Assembly: GCA_022844165.1 (NCBI GenBank)
Contig: JALHMH010000019.1
Coordinates: 20,740-84,739 of the forward strand
Reading direction: 5' to 3'
From: Lysobacterales bacterium
Lineage (GTDB): Bacteria > Pseudomonadota > Gammaproteobacteria > Xanthomonadales > SZUA-5
DNA length: 64,000 nt
The notes under the pieces were generated by a model. That model searched no databases, had not been told where the DNA came from, and worked only from the letters and a program-made list of their open reading frames with translations. Positions within the stretch are counted from its first letter, which is position 1. Each line of letters starts with the position of its first letter. Below, one piece after another: positions 37,616-46,725 of the stretch. The position numbers were made by a program, and so were the translations under genes.

Positions 37616-39289
37616 CTATTTGATTCGTGTCGCCTGCCAAAGGCCGAAAGCGCTCAACAACCAAATCAGCAGCAATCCGTCGTCTTCGTCCAGTGAAAAT
37701 GCTCCATCCACGGTCTCCGGGTCGATGAAAGCCTCCCATTGCTGGCGACCGCAGTTGACCAGTTCGCGCACCGAGGGCATGGACTTTTGCAGGGCGTCGC
37801 GCAGATAAGGTGTCAGGTCCGCTGACTTTGGACGAACCCGCCATGTGTCCGGCAACGCATTTCGGCACGCTTCGCGCTGCAGCCATTTGTCTACACCGTA
37901 ACGCCAGGTTTTATCCGTCGGCAAGCTCAGCATAAGCTGCACCAATGGCCAGTGACGGTAGGGTTGTCTGACTTCGATCCCGAATCGATCGGCGAAATAG
38001 CACTCGGCGGCATCGCCTGCGGCGTAGGCTCCGAGCGCCTGTGCGGCCTGGTCAGGGCGTGGCCAGCCGGCGAATTGTTCGAGTATTGCCGATCGAGCCT
38101 TTTCGCGTTCTTGCCGCAATTCTGGGCGCAGCCAGTCGATACGGTGGTGAGCCTTCCAGTTGAGCTGTCGGCGCACGAATCCACGCCAGCCGCGATCGCG
38201 CCACAGCATCCCAGGTCCTTGCGCAATAAAGTACCGGATGGTTGCGCCAATTTCTCGCCAGCGGCGTCCGCGCAGCGCATCGTCGAGCCAGTAATAGTGG
38301 CCCGCATTGAGGTGGTCCGCAAAATTGCCGTTCAAAACGACATCGACGCCCTGTTCGCGCCAAAGCGCGTAGGCCTGCGTCTTGATTTCGCGATAAGGCG
38401 TGGCGCTGGGTTCGTCAGGGTGCGCCTCGCGCGCAGAACCGCCGAGCGGCGAGAATGCGTTGGCGTCGATCTGGATGCTCTGAAGGTTGAACTGCGATGC
38501 CAACGCGCTCGCCCATGGCCGTTCGTCGCTGTCTGGAAACCGCGAAGAACCGTAGGTGAGTGCACAGACATCGACATCTCTCAGCAAGGGCACCAGCGCA
38601 CTCGAATCCAGGCCACCACTGAGACTTAACCCGACGCGTTTTGTCCCCTGACATGCCTCATTGATCGCCGCACGAAACGCCGCGCGATAGCGCTCGATCG
38701 TTTCGGCATCGCTCCAGCGGAAAGCGCCGTCGATCGCTGTAGATGTCGCCCATGTGGTCGATTCGCCATGCGCCGTCAGTGCGAGGCTCGATCCCGCCGG
38801 AACCAGGCGCACGCCACAAAACACGCTGGCATGCGCTTCAGGGATCTGCGCCGAAAAGAAGTCGGCCAGATATGCTGGGCTCAAGCTGCTGTCGACGTCG
38901 GGGTGTTCGGCGAGGATGGCGTCGCCCGAGGCGACCAGCATGCCACCGGACAGTCGCGCGAAACATAGTGGCCTTTGACCCAGGCGATCGCGACTGAGTT
39001 GAATCGAATTGGGTTCGATCAGCGCCAGTGCAGCCGCGCGATCGGGCGAGCGATCGAAGACTTGGAAGGGCTGCTCGCAATCCTGAAGCAGCCAGCGGTC
39101 GGCATCCAGCCGCACCAGCGGCGGATGCGAGTTCAATCGAGTTTGGATCGCCAGTATGTATCGACCTGGCGCTGTCAGCTCAAAAGTCTTGCCAGCGGCA
39201 CGCGCCAATGCCTGCGACCTGAGCCTGCCAAGAATCGCCGGGTCGATTTCGCGGCCCGCGAAATCGACCCAGGCGAAAAGTACCGCCAT
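37616..39289 (-). CDS. Asparagine-synthetase-like lasso cyclase (C protein)
   Basis: SRDRLGQRPL, ATP motif LSGGLDSS, EVRQPY, DKWLQREA...LP...RPK; lacks the N-terminal glutaminase Cys (starts MAVLF). Confidence 0.85.
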   Translation of the reverse strand: MAVLFAWVDFAGREIDPAILGRLRSQALARAAGKTFELTAPGRYILAIQTRLNSHPPLVRLDADRWLLQDCEQPFQVFDRSPDRAAALALIEPNSIQLSRDRLGQRPLCFARLSGGMLVASGDAILAEHPDVDSSLSPAYLADFFSAQIPEAHASVFCGVRLVPAGSSLALTAHGESTTWATSTAIDGAFRWSDAETIERYRAAFRAAINEACQGTKRVGLSLSGGLDSSALVPLLRDVDVCALTYGSSRFPDSDERPWASALASQFNLQSIQIDANAFSPLGGSAREAHPDEPSATPYREIKTQAYALWREQGVDVVLNGNFADHLNAGHYYWLDDALRGRRWREIGATIRYFIAQGPGMLWRDRGWRGFVRRQLNWKAHHRIDWLRPELRQEREKARSAILEQFAGWPRPDQAAQALGAYAAGDAAECYFADRFGIEVRQPYRHWPLVQLMLSLPTDKTWRYGVDKWLQREACRNALPDTWRVRPKSADLTPYLRDALQKSMPSVRELVNCGRQQWEAFIDPETVDGAFSLDEDDGLLLIWLLSAFGLWQATRIK

Positions 39290-39290
39290 A

Positions 39291-41768
39291 TCAGAACCGG
39301 TAGTTCACGGTCAGCCCATATTGGCGCTTGCGCGGTGGCGTGATGACGAAATCGCGCGGGTTGACGAGCGTCGTCGGTGCAGCTGGCGCTGGCAGTACAT
39401 TCGGCACCGCGATAAACAGCGCCGGATTCACATAGCGCAGAATATCTTCGGGCGTGTCGTCGTCGGTAGCATTGCGGACGAACACCGAAACTTCCCAATT
39501 GTCGCCAATCGACAGGCCGCCGCGCAGGTTCACGAGCGTGGAGTCGCCCGTCTCCAGGAGATTGTCCACCTGGGCGAATCGGGAGCTCTCGTAGTTGGCG
39601 TCGCCGCCGATGTACCAGTCCCAGCCGTTGTCCAGTGTGGCGGAGTAGGTCAACCCCAAACCGGCTTGGTGCTTGGGCACGCGCGGGAGTTCGGCGCCGC
39701 GTGCATTGGCGCAGGCTTGAGTTAAGTTGACTGCATTTGCGCCGCAGAACAGATCTGCCTGGTCCTGGCTGGCGAAATTCTTGATCTCGCTGTCCTGCAG
39801 CGCATAGGTCGCGCGCAGATTCCAGTTCTCGTCGATCAACCAGTCTGCCTCAAGCTCCAGGCCCGTGACTTCAGATTGGCCAAGATTCGAGGTAAACGAG
39901 GTAATGAATATGCCGCCATCGACTCGTGGGGTTGGGCGCGTCTCCGTCAGCTGCTGGTTGTCCCAGTCGATGCGGTAAAGCGCCGCGTTGAGCGTCAGGC
40001 GATTGTCGAGCCACTGCGATTTGACACCCAACTCGTAGGTCCATGCTTCCTCTTCATCGAACACATCAAGGCCTTCAGCCAACAGCGCAGCGCGGCCGGT
40101 TTCGGTCAAGATCGAGGATTCGACCGCGGTGTTGAATCCGCCCGGTTTGTTGCCTTTTGCGGCAAGCCCATAAATGCTCACATCATCAGAGATCTCATAC
40201 CGCAGCGTGCCGCGAGGCAGGAAGTTATCGAAGGTCGCCGACTTGTTGAAATCGCGCACAAAGGTCGTCGGGCGACCCGCGACAGTGAGCGTGTTCGTTG
40301 AGCGCCCGACAATGTCGATCTCGTCCTCGGCGTAACGCGCTTCGAGCGTTCCTGTCAAACGGTCGGTGAAGTCGAATTCGACCAGAGCGAACAGCGCCTG
40401 ATTGGTGATTTCGAGCCCTGGGCGCGTCGGGTTCTGGACGGGCCGCGTTCGACTGAAGGCCGGTGGCAGATTGAAGCCGCCGAGGTTTGCACTCCAGCCG
40501 TCCAACGCTTTTTCGTTGTAGTGGTAATAGCCGAACTGTCCCCGCAGACGCGCATCTTGATCGGTCGCGACGCGGAATTCCTGGCTCCAGTCGCGCTGGC
40601 GACCGAAGTCGATGGTCTCGAAGGCGCCGTTGAAACCGCGTACGCTGGAGAAATCCTGGTCGATCGCGCTATAGGATTCGGTGGCGTTGTAGGCACTCGT
40701 CGAGGTAAACGACCAGCCGTTGTCGAAGGCGTAGTTGCCTTGCAAACTGGTGCGGATGTTCTCGCGCTCCAGGCCCGGTTCGAAACCGGCGAGGCGAAAC
40801 TGATCGGTGTTGATCGCATAGATATCCGGTTGCGAAGCGGTGCCGCACAAATAACCACGGGTGCGGGTTTGCATGCGCACGGCGCCGGCGAACGTGCCGC
40901 CGGCTGGGACCGGCAAGAAGCAATTGTTGAAGCCGTTCACGTCGCTCGCGGGTAAGCCATTGGCTACGCGATTGAGCGGATCGCCGAGCCGGCCGATCGC
41001 ATAGTGCTCGTCTTGATCTTCGGCGTAGTTAAAGCGCAATGTGAAGTCGAGCTTGTCGGTGGGCGTCAGGAAAAATGCGCCACCCGCGCTTGCAGTTTTT
41101 TGTCCGCCGAGGTCGCGGATGCCGGTGACCGCATTGCGATATTGGCCGCCGAATTCGTAAAAGCGGACATTGCCCTGGAAGGACAGCAAATCGTCGACGA
41201 TCGGACCCGCGTAGTTGCCGGCAAATTCGCGCTCGGAATCGCTGGCAATCGTCATCGACAACTTGCCCTCAGGTGTGCTGGCTGGTTTGCGCGTGATGAA
41301 ATTGATGGCGCCGGAAAATGTGCGGCGACCGAATAGCGCAGACTGCGGGCCGCGAATGACTTCGACCTGTTCGAGGTTGTCCAGGCCGTAGCCGGAAATA
41401 TTGCCATTGACGAACACGCCATCAATGAAGAACGCGGCATTCGCTTCGCCCTGGATATTCGATTGGCCTCGAATGACGGGTCGGTCACCCTCGCGGCCGA
41501 AGCCTGAACGGAACGAGAAACCTGGCGTATAGCGCGCGATGTCGTTGATGCGCTCAAGACCGCGGCGTTCGATGGTCTGCTCGTCGATCACCGATATCGA
41601 TAGCGGGACCTCTTGCAGCGATTCTTCGACTCGGCGCGCCGTGACCTTGATCGCGTCGAGTTCGACGGCCTCTTCCTGCGGATCGTTTTGCGCAACGGCG
41701 CCGAACGGCAACGCCGCGCCCAATAGCGCGCCAATGGCCAGCGACAAACGGGACGGTTTGAATTTCAT
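39291..41768 (-). CDS. TonB-dependent receptor
   Basis: Signal peptide, TonB box IKVTARR.EESLQEVP, plug IRGPQSALFGR, GNKPGGFN, terminal YRF; stop lies 1 nt before the cyclase ATG. Confidence 0.93.
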   Translation of the reverse strand: MKFKPSRLSLAIGALLGAALPFGAVAQNDPQEEAVELDAIKVTARRVEESLQEVPLSISVIDEQTIERRGLERINDIARYTPGFSFRSGFGREGDRPVIRGQSNIQGEANAAFFIDGVFVNGNISGYGLDNLEQVEVIRGPQSALFGRRTFSGAINFITRKPASTPEGKLSMTIASDSEREFAGNYAGPIVDDLLSFQGNVRFYEFGGQYRNAVTGIRDLGGQKTASAGGAFFLTPTDKLDFTLRFNYAEDQDEHYAIGRLGDPLNRVANGLPASDVNGFNNCFLPVPAGGTFAGAVRMQTRTRGYLCGTASQPDIYAINTDQFRLAGFEPGLERENIRTSLQGNYAFDNGWSFTSTSAYNATESYSAIDQDFSSVRGFNGAFETIDFGRQRDWSQEFRVATDQDARLRGQFGYYHYNEKALDGWSANLGGFNLPPAFSRTRPVQNPTRPGLEITNQALFALVEFDFTDRLTGTLEARYAEDEIDIVGRSTNTLTVAGRPTTFVRDFNKSATFDNFLPRGTLRYEISDDVSIYGLAAKGNKPGGFNTAVESSILTETGRAALLAEGLDVFDEEEAWTYELGVKSQWLDNRLTLNAALYRIDWDNQQLTETRPTPRVDGGIFITSFTSNLGQSEVTGLELEADWLIDENWNLRATYALQDSEIKNFASQDQADLFCGANAVNLTQACANARGAELPRVPKHQAGLGLTYSATLDNGWDWYIGGDANYESSRFAQVDNLLETGDSTLVNLRGGLSIGDNWEVSVFVRNATDDDTPEDILRYVNPALFIAVPNVLPAPAAPTTLVNPRDFVITPPRKRQYGLTVNYRF

Positions 41769-41888
41769 GGCAAATCCTCTCGTTGGGTGAGCCGCGTTGC
41801 GCGCGCATACGCGGGGTAAAAACACTATAACATCTGTCATTTGTGTCGCTTGTTGTGCCGATTGGCACCGCGCAGCGATCTGTTTCGA

Positions 41889-43301
41889 CTACAGAATTCC
41901 TGCGATGTTGACCGCAGCACGTTCGCCGCTCGATAGCGCGGCTTCGATGCCTGGCGCATCGAAAACCATATGTTCGCCGGCGAAGGCCAGCCGCGGATTG
42001 CGTTTGGCGAAACCGGGTAATTCCGATAACGCAGCCTTCACCGCCTGCGCCTGACCCGCCGTCACTTCGGCGTAGGCGCCACCAATCGTCGGCATCTGCG
42101 CCCAGTGCACGGTATGCAACACTTCGACTTTTCCTTTCGATGCCGGACGAATCCTCGCCAGCTCCAGGTGCACGAACGTGCCGAGTTCGTTGCCCAGGCG
42201 CGACGCCCGAATCGCGCCCTGGCCATTCAGCCAGACGATTAGTCGCTCGACATCGCCGTTCGCGTTGCGTATGGCGAAGACCCGCTCCAAAGCCCCATCG
42301 CACCACATCGTCGCCGGCAACCCATCGTCCTGCCAGAAGGGTGCCAGCGGCCGCAGATGAACTTGCGTAATCGCGGTCATCGGTCGTGCTCGCCAGAGCG
42401 CGGCAACCGAATCGATCCCCGTGACATCGACGAAGCCGATAGCATCGGTGCGCGAACACGGTACAGCAACAATGACCGCGCGTGCATTCACCCGACCGCC
42501 GTCGGCGAGCTTGATCAGACACCCGCGCCGTCGTTGTTCGATGGCGATTACCGCGGCGCCAAGACGCACTCGATCGCCCAGCTGACGCGCCATCGCGTCC
42601 GGTAGCTGCGAGCTGCCGCCGTCGAGCGTCTTGACGCCGCCCGCGGCGCCCGCGTCCTTGCGCATCGCATCGCGCCGCAGCGCATCCAGTGCCGACGTGC
42701 TGTGCAGCGCGTTGTAGTTGGCACCAACATCCGCCAACGCCAGTACGTCTGCAGGCGCCCCATGGTCGCGCAAGAATGCGTGCAGCGACACATCCAGGTG
42801 ATTGTGCTGGTCCAGTTGCCAATCCGCAGATTGTGTCAGAAGGTTATGTTGCTGCATCAGGCCGCCGAGCAGCGTGGGTGGCAATTGCATGCGCCACGGC
42901 TCGATCAGCGTATTGGCGCCAGCTGTGGGCCAGGCGGCTGCGTCGATCAGTTCATCGCCGATGCACAACGTCAGCTCGCGCGAAGGCGGAGCGCCGGGGG
43001 TACTGAGTTTCAAACCCAACGCTGCGATACGCGCCTGGCATCGCGCATACGAATCTGCGAATTCAACAGCGCCTGTTTCAAATCGCAGACCGCCGCTGCT
43101 GATCGTCCGCAAACGCCCGCCAACGCGCTCGCTCGCCTCAAAAACGCGTACGCTGGCGCCTTGCTCTGATAACCTCAGCGCCGCTTCCAGCCCGGCCAAT
43201 CCTGCGCCGACGATGGCCACATCGATCCGCCCGGTGCTGGCGTGCGTCGCGCCAGCCAGAGTGGCCAGCGCGATTCCGCTCAGACACTCGCGGCGACGCA
43301 T
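41889..43301 (-). CDS. Tat-exported flavin monoamine/L-amino acid oxidase family protein
   Basis: MRRRECL Tat-like signal, VAIVGAGLAGL, EASERVGGR, FAGEH...GIEAALSSGERAA. Confidence 0.82.
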   Translation of the reverse strand: MRRRECLSGIALATLAGATHASTGRIDVAIVGAGLAGLEAALRLSEQGASVRVFEASERVGGRLRTISSGGLRFETGAVEFADSYARCQARIAALGLKLSTPGAPPSRELTLCIGDELIDAAAWPTAGANTLIEPWRMQLPPTLLGGLMQQHNLLTQSADWQLDQHNHLDVSLHAFLRDHGAPADVLALADVGANYNALHSTSALDALRRDAMRKDAGAAGGVKTLDGGSSQLPDAMARQLGDRVRLGAAVIAIEQRRRGCLIKLADGGRVNARAVIVAVPCSRTDAIGFVDVTGIDSVAALWRARPMTAITQVHLRPLAPFWQDDGLPATMWCDGALERVFAIRNANGDVERLIVWLNGQGAIRASRLGNELGTFVHLELARIRPASKGKVEVLHTVHWAQMPTIGGAYAEVTAGQAQAVKAALSELPGFAKRNPRLAFAGEHMVFDAPGIEAALSSGERAAVNIAGIL

Positions 43302-44179
43302 CAGGGCGCCTCGTTCGACTTCTGATCAAGTACCCTGGCCTTGTAAACCGTCCAGCTGGTGGCGTTGGGCTGTGTCCACTCTTTGGGCGCCGTTAAGTAC
43401 TCAGGCGCATTCTTCTCAATATAGGCCTTGAAGGTTTCGGGTAACTCAGCCACGCCGCCCATCAGCTTCTTGCCATAACCCGAGTAGATGAGAAGGCCAG
43501 GGCGGTCGCCCATTTCCATCCAGGGTAGCCAGGGCGCTTCGCGGAACCACGCGATCGAGATCGGTGCACTCGTGGTCTTCGGATTCGCGAGTTCGTCCAT
43601 ACGAGCATAAAAGCCGAAGTGTTCGGATCCGACGTACGTCGCGCCGGTCGAATGCAGCGGGAATTGCTCTGGCGAAATTGGGTTCGGATAAGCCAACGGC
43701 ACGTCCAGGCCCAGGATGACGTCGTTGCCATGTCGCTTCAGCGGCAACAGGCGAACAGGCGCGCCGTCTTTCGCCGGCGCGCCGCCGAAATTGTTGTTGA
43801 CCGGATCGTTTTGCACATGGAAGACCTTGACGTCCGACTGCGTCCACGGATTGGCCCAGGTCTCGAGAATCTCTCCACTCCGTGGATCTTTATAGACGGC
43901 GTATTCGCGAGACAACATCCGCCAGTTGCCATCTTCGGTCTTTTCAATACGAGCGACATTCATGCCTTCGAAACCGAACAACAATTTCGGACGTTCGTCC
44001 GGCACGGCGGCAAACACCTGACCGGTCCACCAGGTGACCGTGTCGGAGCCGTCGAGACTGGCCCGCATCTTCAGAAAGGCCGTGAGATTGTCGTCGGGAT
44101 TCGACAGGTCCAGATCCTTGGCAGTGGCGACCGATGCCACGGCCAGGGTTAACGCGAAAAAGACACCTCGCAAACGCAT
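43301..44179 (-). CDS. Secreted DUF1838-like protein
   Basis: Signal peptide; WWTGQVFA, LFGFEGMNV, YKDP.SGEILETWANPWT, V.HVQNDPVN, PWLPWMEMGDRPG, P.YL.AP, TSW..Y. Confidence 0.72.
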   Translation of the reverse strand: MRLRGVFFALTLAVASVATAKDLDLSNPDDNLTAFLKMRASLDGSDTVTWWTGQVFAAVPDERPKLLFGFEGMNVARIEKTEDGNWRMLSREYAVYKDPRSGEILETWANPWTQSDVKVFHVQNDPVNNNFGGAPAKDGAPVRLLPLKRHGNDVILGLDVPLAYPNPISPEQFPLHSTGATYVGSEHFGFYARMDELANPKTTSAPISIAWFREAPWLPWMEMGDRPGLLIYSGYGKKLMGGVAELPETFKAYIEKNAPEYLTAPKEWTQPNATSWTVYKARVLDQKSNEAP

Positions 44180-44226
44180 CGTCCGATCACTCCGCTCAGG
44201 TCGAAGCACACATCATAACCAGCGAG

Positions 44227-44252
44227 CGAAAATTTGTCCGGACAAATTTTCG
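44227..44252. promoter_or_regulatory. Perfect 26-bp palindrome, probable repressor operator
   Basis: CGAAAATTTGTCCGGACAAATTTTCG is its own reverse complement; 47 nt upstream of the DUF1838-like start; core TTGTCCGGACAA is GntR-like. Confidence 0.7.
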
Positions 44253-44442
44253 AGGACAAGTCCATGCTCTGGCCATTTGGCGTGGCGCGCTTTCGGTCAT
44301 TTGCAGAGAACGATCAAGACGAGCAAAAAATGGGAGTATGACGCGGGGGGGTGAGGATCGGCGCTTACACGCCGCAAGGCGTGTAAGCGCCGAACGACCG
44401 GCGGCTGTGCCGCCTGGCCGGAAATGTGCGCAGCGCTCAATG

Positions 44443-44509
44443 GGGGGTGTGGCAAGTACGGTGTCGGGCGAAACCAGAATCGCTCGGCGGTCTGAGGCGA
44501 AGCTTGGCT
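44443..44509 (+). repeat. Dispersed intergenic repeat, copy C
   Basis: TGTGGCAAGTACGGTGTC and GCTCGGCGGTCTGAGGCGAAGC are identical to copy D. Confidence 0.85.
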
Positions 44510-44621
44510 CGTGTTTTTCGGGCTCGCCGAGTCGATCTCGCACGCACAGACTCTTCGATACGGCCCTGGCCGACTGCGGTCGAACGATCCAACGCGCCTG
44601 CGCAATCAAATTCGATCCATC

Positions 44622-44656
44622 AAAAAGAAAACCCGCAGTCATGTGCGACTGCGGGT
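44622..44656 (-). terminator. Rho-independent terminator
   Basis: ACCCGCAGTC-GCACAT-GACTGCGGGT 10-bp stem followed by TTTCTTTTT on the minus strand. Confidence 0.8.
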
Positions 44657-44804
44657 CCGCTCCTCCCCGGCCGGCGTACCGACGCGCGGATCATTCAAGA
44701 CTTCGGGCGTCCAGGACAAGCTGCGATGCAGCAAATGCGGTTGTGGCGTTTGTTGCCTGCGGTTTCCGTCGTCGCGACCAGGAAAAGTCCGAAAGGGTCG
44801 AAAC
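44657..44804 (-). ncRNA. Candidate small RNA (resembles Xanthomonadales sX9 from memory)
   Basis: Non-coding ~150 nt ending in a strong terminator; contains GGCAACAAACGCCACAACCGCATTTGCTGCATCGCAGCTTGTCCTGGACGCCCGAAGTCTTGAATGATCC. Family assignment and strand are unverified. Confidence 0.45.
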
Positions 44805-44815
44805 GATCACGCGGA

Positions 44816-45271
44816 TCACAGAACTTGCTCCATCACTCGATAGCCAGAATCGGACATGCCGAGTCGTTGATAGGTTGTTTGCGCTGTCGTATTCAGAACT
44901 TCAACGTACAAACGCAGGCTGCGCGCGCCAGCGGCGCCTGCGGCGGTGGCAACGTGGCGATAGAGCGCGGAAAACACACCGCAGCGGCGTTTCGCAGGGC
45001 GCACGTACACGCTTTGGATCCACCAATAATCGCGGCAGTGCCAGTCGCTCCATTCTCGGGTCACTAACAGTGCACCAATCGTCCCGGTGCTATCCGCAGC
45101 CACGAAGTACTCACCGCGAGCTGGTTCGGCCAGCACAGCGGCGACGCCCGCCGTTGCCGTTGTGGCATCCAAGGTTCTGGTTTCGGTTTCCAATGCCATC
45201 GCAATATTGAATGCCGCGAGCGTGTCGATGTCGATGGCCTTGGCTGGACGGATGATGAATTGGTCTTCCAT
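44816..45271 (-). CDS. GNAT family N-acetyltransferase
   Basis: FNIAMALETE, EWSDW...YWWIQSVYV.P..RR.GVF.ALY, LRLYVE..N..AQ.TYQRLGM; alternative start 45313. Confidence 0.88.
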   Translation of the reverse strand: MEDQFIIRPAKAIDIDTLAAFNIAMALETETRTLDATTATAGVAAVLAEPARGEYFVAADSTGTIGALLVTREWSDWHCRDYWWIQSVYVRPAKRRCGVFSALYRHVATAAGAAGARSLRLYVEVLNTTAQTTYQRLGMSDSGYRVMEQVL

Positions 45272-45381
45272 AGCGCGGAGCGTTTCTTGCTGGTCGTGGT
45301 CGGAGGCCTGCATGTTTTATGCTTGATTTGAATTCACTGCGCGCCGTCCCCAATTCGCGCAACGATTCACTGGAGAACACT

Positions 45382-46725
45382 ATGCGCTTGTTTTGTTCAA
45401 TCGGGCTGTTGCTCGCCGCCTCAATCGCTTCCGCTGCTCTCCCCGCGCAGATCGATGGACAACCGCTTCCATCCTTGGCGCCGATGGTCGAGCGCGTCAC
45501 GCCAGCGGTGGTGAACGTGTCGAGCAAGACACGTGTTCAAGTGCGCAACCCGTTCTTTGACGATCCCTTTTTTCGGCGTTTTTTCGACATGCCGAACGTG
45601 CCGCAGGAGCGTGTGCAGTCGTCCCTGGGTTCTGGCGTAATCGTCGATGCGGCGAGGGGCCTGGTGATCACCAATAACCACGTGATCGAACGGGCCGACG
45701 AAGTGAGCGTCACTCTGCACGATGGCCGTACGCTCCCTGCGGAGATCGTCGGGCGCGATCCGGATACGGATGTGGCGGTTGTTCGGGTCAAGCCTGAAAA
45801 CCTCACGGCTATCCCGTTGGCGCCGTCAGACAAACTGCGGGTGGGTGACTTTGTGGTGGCTATCGGCAATCCGTTCGGTTTGGGGCAAACGGTCACCAGC
45901 GGCATTGTCAGCGCACTGGGCCGCAGCGGGTTGCGCGGTTTGGGTTACCAGAATTTCATCCAGACCGATGCTTCGATTAATCCCGGCAATTCCGGTGGCG
46001 CGCTGGTCAACTTGCGCGGGGAACTGATCGGTATCAACACCGCGATCTTCAGTCCATCGGGCGGCAATGTGGGAATCGGCTTTGCGATTCCATCCGACCT
46101 GGCGCGAAACGTGATGAACCAGCTGATCGCGTTCGGCGAAGTCAAGCGCGGCTCGCTGGGCGTCGAAACACAGGACCTGGATGAGCGTCTTGCCCGTGCA
46201 CTGGGACTCAAACAAGGACGCGGTGCGGTGGTGACGCGTGTCGTCCCGGACTCGCCGGCAGAGACCGCGGGCCTGAAAACGGGCGATGTGATCACCGATA
46301 TCGACGGCAAGGCTATTGTTGGTGCCGATGCGTTGGCCAACACCGAGGGGTTATTGCCGATCGGGCGGCCATTGCCGATCCGACTGACGCGCAGCGGCAC
46401 GGAGCAAACGGTCAGTCTGACCCTGGTGGCTTCAAGTTCGCAGCAGCTCGGTGGCGATAAACTCGACCCACGGCTCACCGGCGCGCGCTTTGGCGAGTTG
46501 AGCCAGCGTGAAAAGCAAGCCGGCATCGTTGGCGTCAAGGTGTTGGAGGTGGCTGGCGCCAGTGCGGCGGCGCGTCGTGGGCTGGAAGCGGGCGACATTG
46601 TGTTCGGAGTCGATCGCTTCACCGTGGGCAGTCTGGCCGATCTGAGTAAGCGCATTGCCGGGCAGACGGCATTTACGTTCTCGTTGTACCGCGGTCGTCG
46701 CGCTTACTACCTGCCCATCGAATGA
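45382..46725 (+). CDS. degQ: DegQ/Do family serine endoprotease (2 PDZ)
   Basis: Signal peptide, LPSLAPM...PAVV, TNNHV, IQTDASINPGNSGGAL, two PDZ domains; GGAG RBS before ATG 45382. Confidence 0.9.
   Translation: MRLFCSIGLLLAASIASAALPAQIDGQPLPSLAPMVERVTPAVVNVSSKTRVQVRNPFFDDPFFRRFFDMPNVPQERVQSSLGSGVIVDAARGLVITNNHVIERADEVSVTLHDGRTLPAEIVGRDPDTDVAVVRVKPENLTAIPLAPSDKLRVGDFVVAIGNPFGLGQTVTSGIVSALGRSGLRGLGYQNFIQTDASINPGNSGGALVNLRGELIGINTAIFSPSGGNVGIGFAIPSDLARNVMNQLIAFGEVKRGSLGVETQDLDERLARALGLKQGRGAVVTRVVPDSPAETAGLKTGDVITDIDGKAIVGADALANTEGLLPIGRPLPIRLTRSGTEQTVSLTLVASSSQQLGGDKLDPRLTGARFGELSQREKQAGIVGVKVLEVAGASAAARRGLEAGDIVFGVDRFTVGSLADLSKRIAGQTAFTFSLYRGRRAYYLPIE

Noticed and set aside
37616-39289. Interpretation as a housekeeping asparagine synthetase AsnB
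   Set aside because: Lacks the N-terminal catalytic Cys and sits with an RRE, a B2 peptidase and a lasso-type precursor.
41554-42822. 422-aa Arg-rich minus-strand ORF overlapping the oxidase and receptor
   Set aside because: Alternate frame of real genes; low-complexity Arg/Ala/Gly composition.
44134-45210. 358-aa plus-strand ORF and 44196-44642 minus-strand ORF
   Set aside because: They run through an operator palindrome, a dispersed repeat, a terminator and the GNAT antisense strand; no protein-like features.
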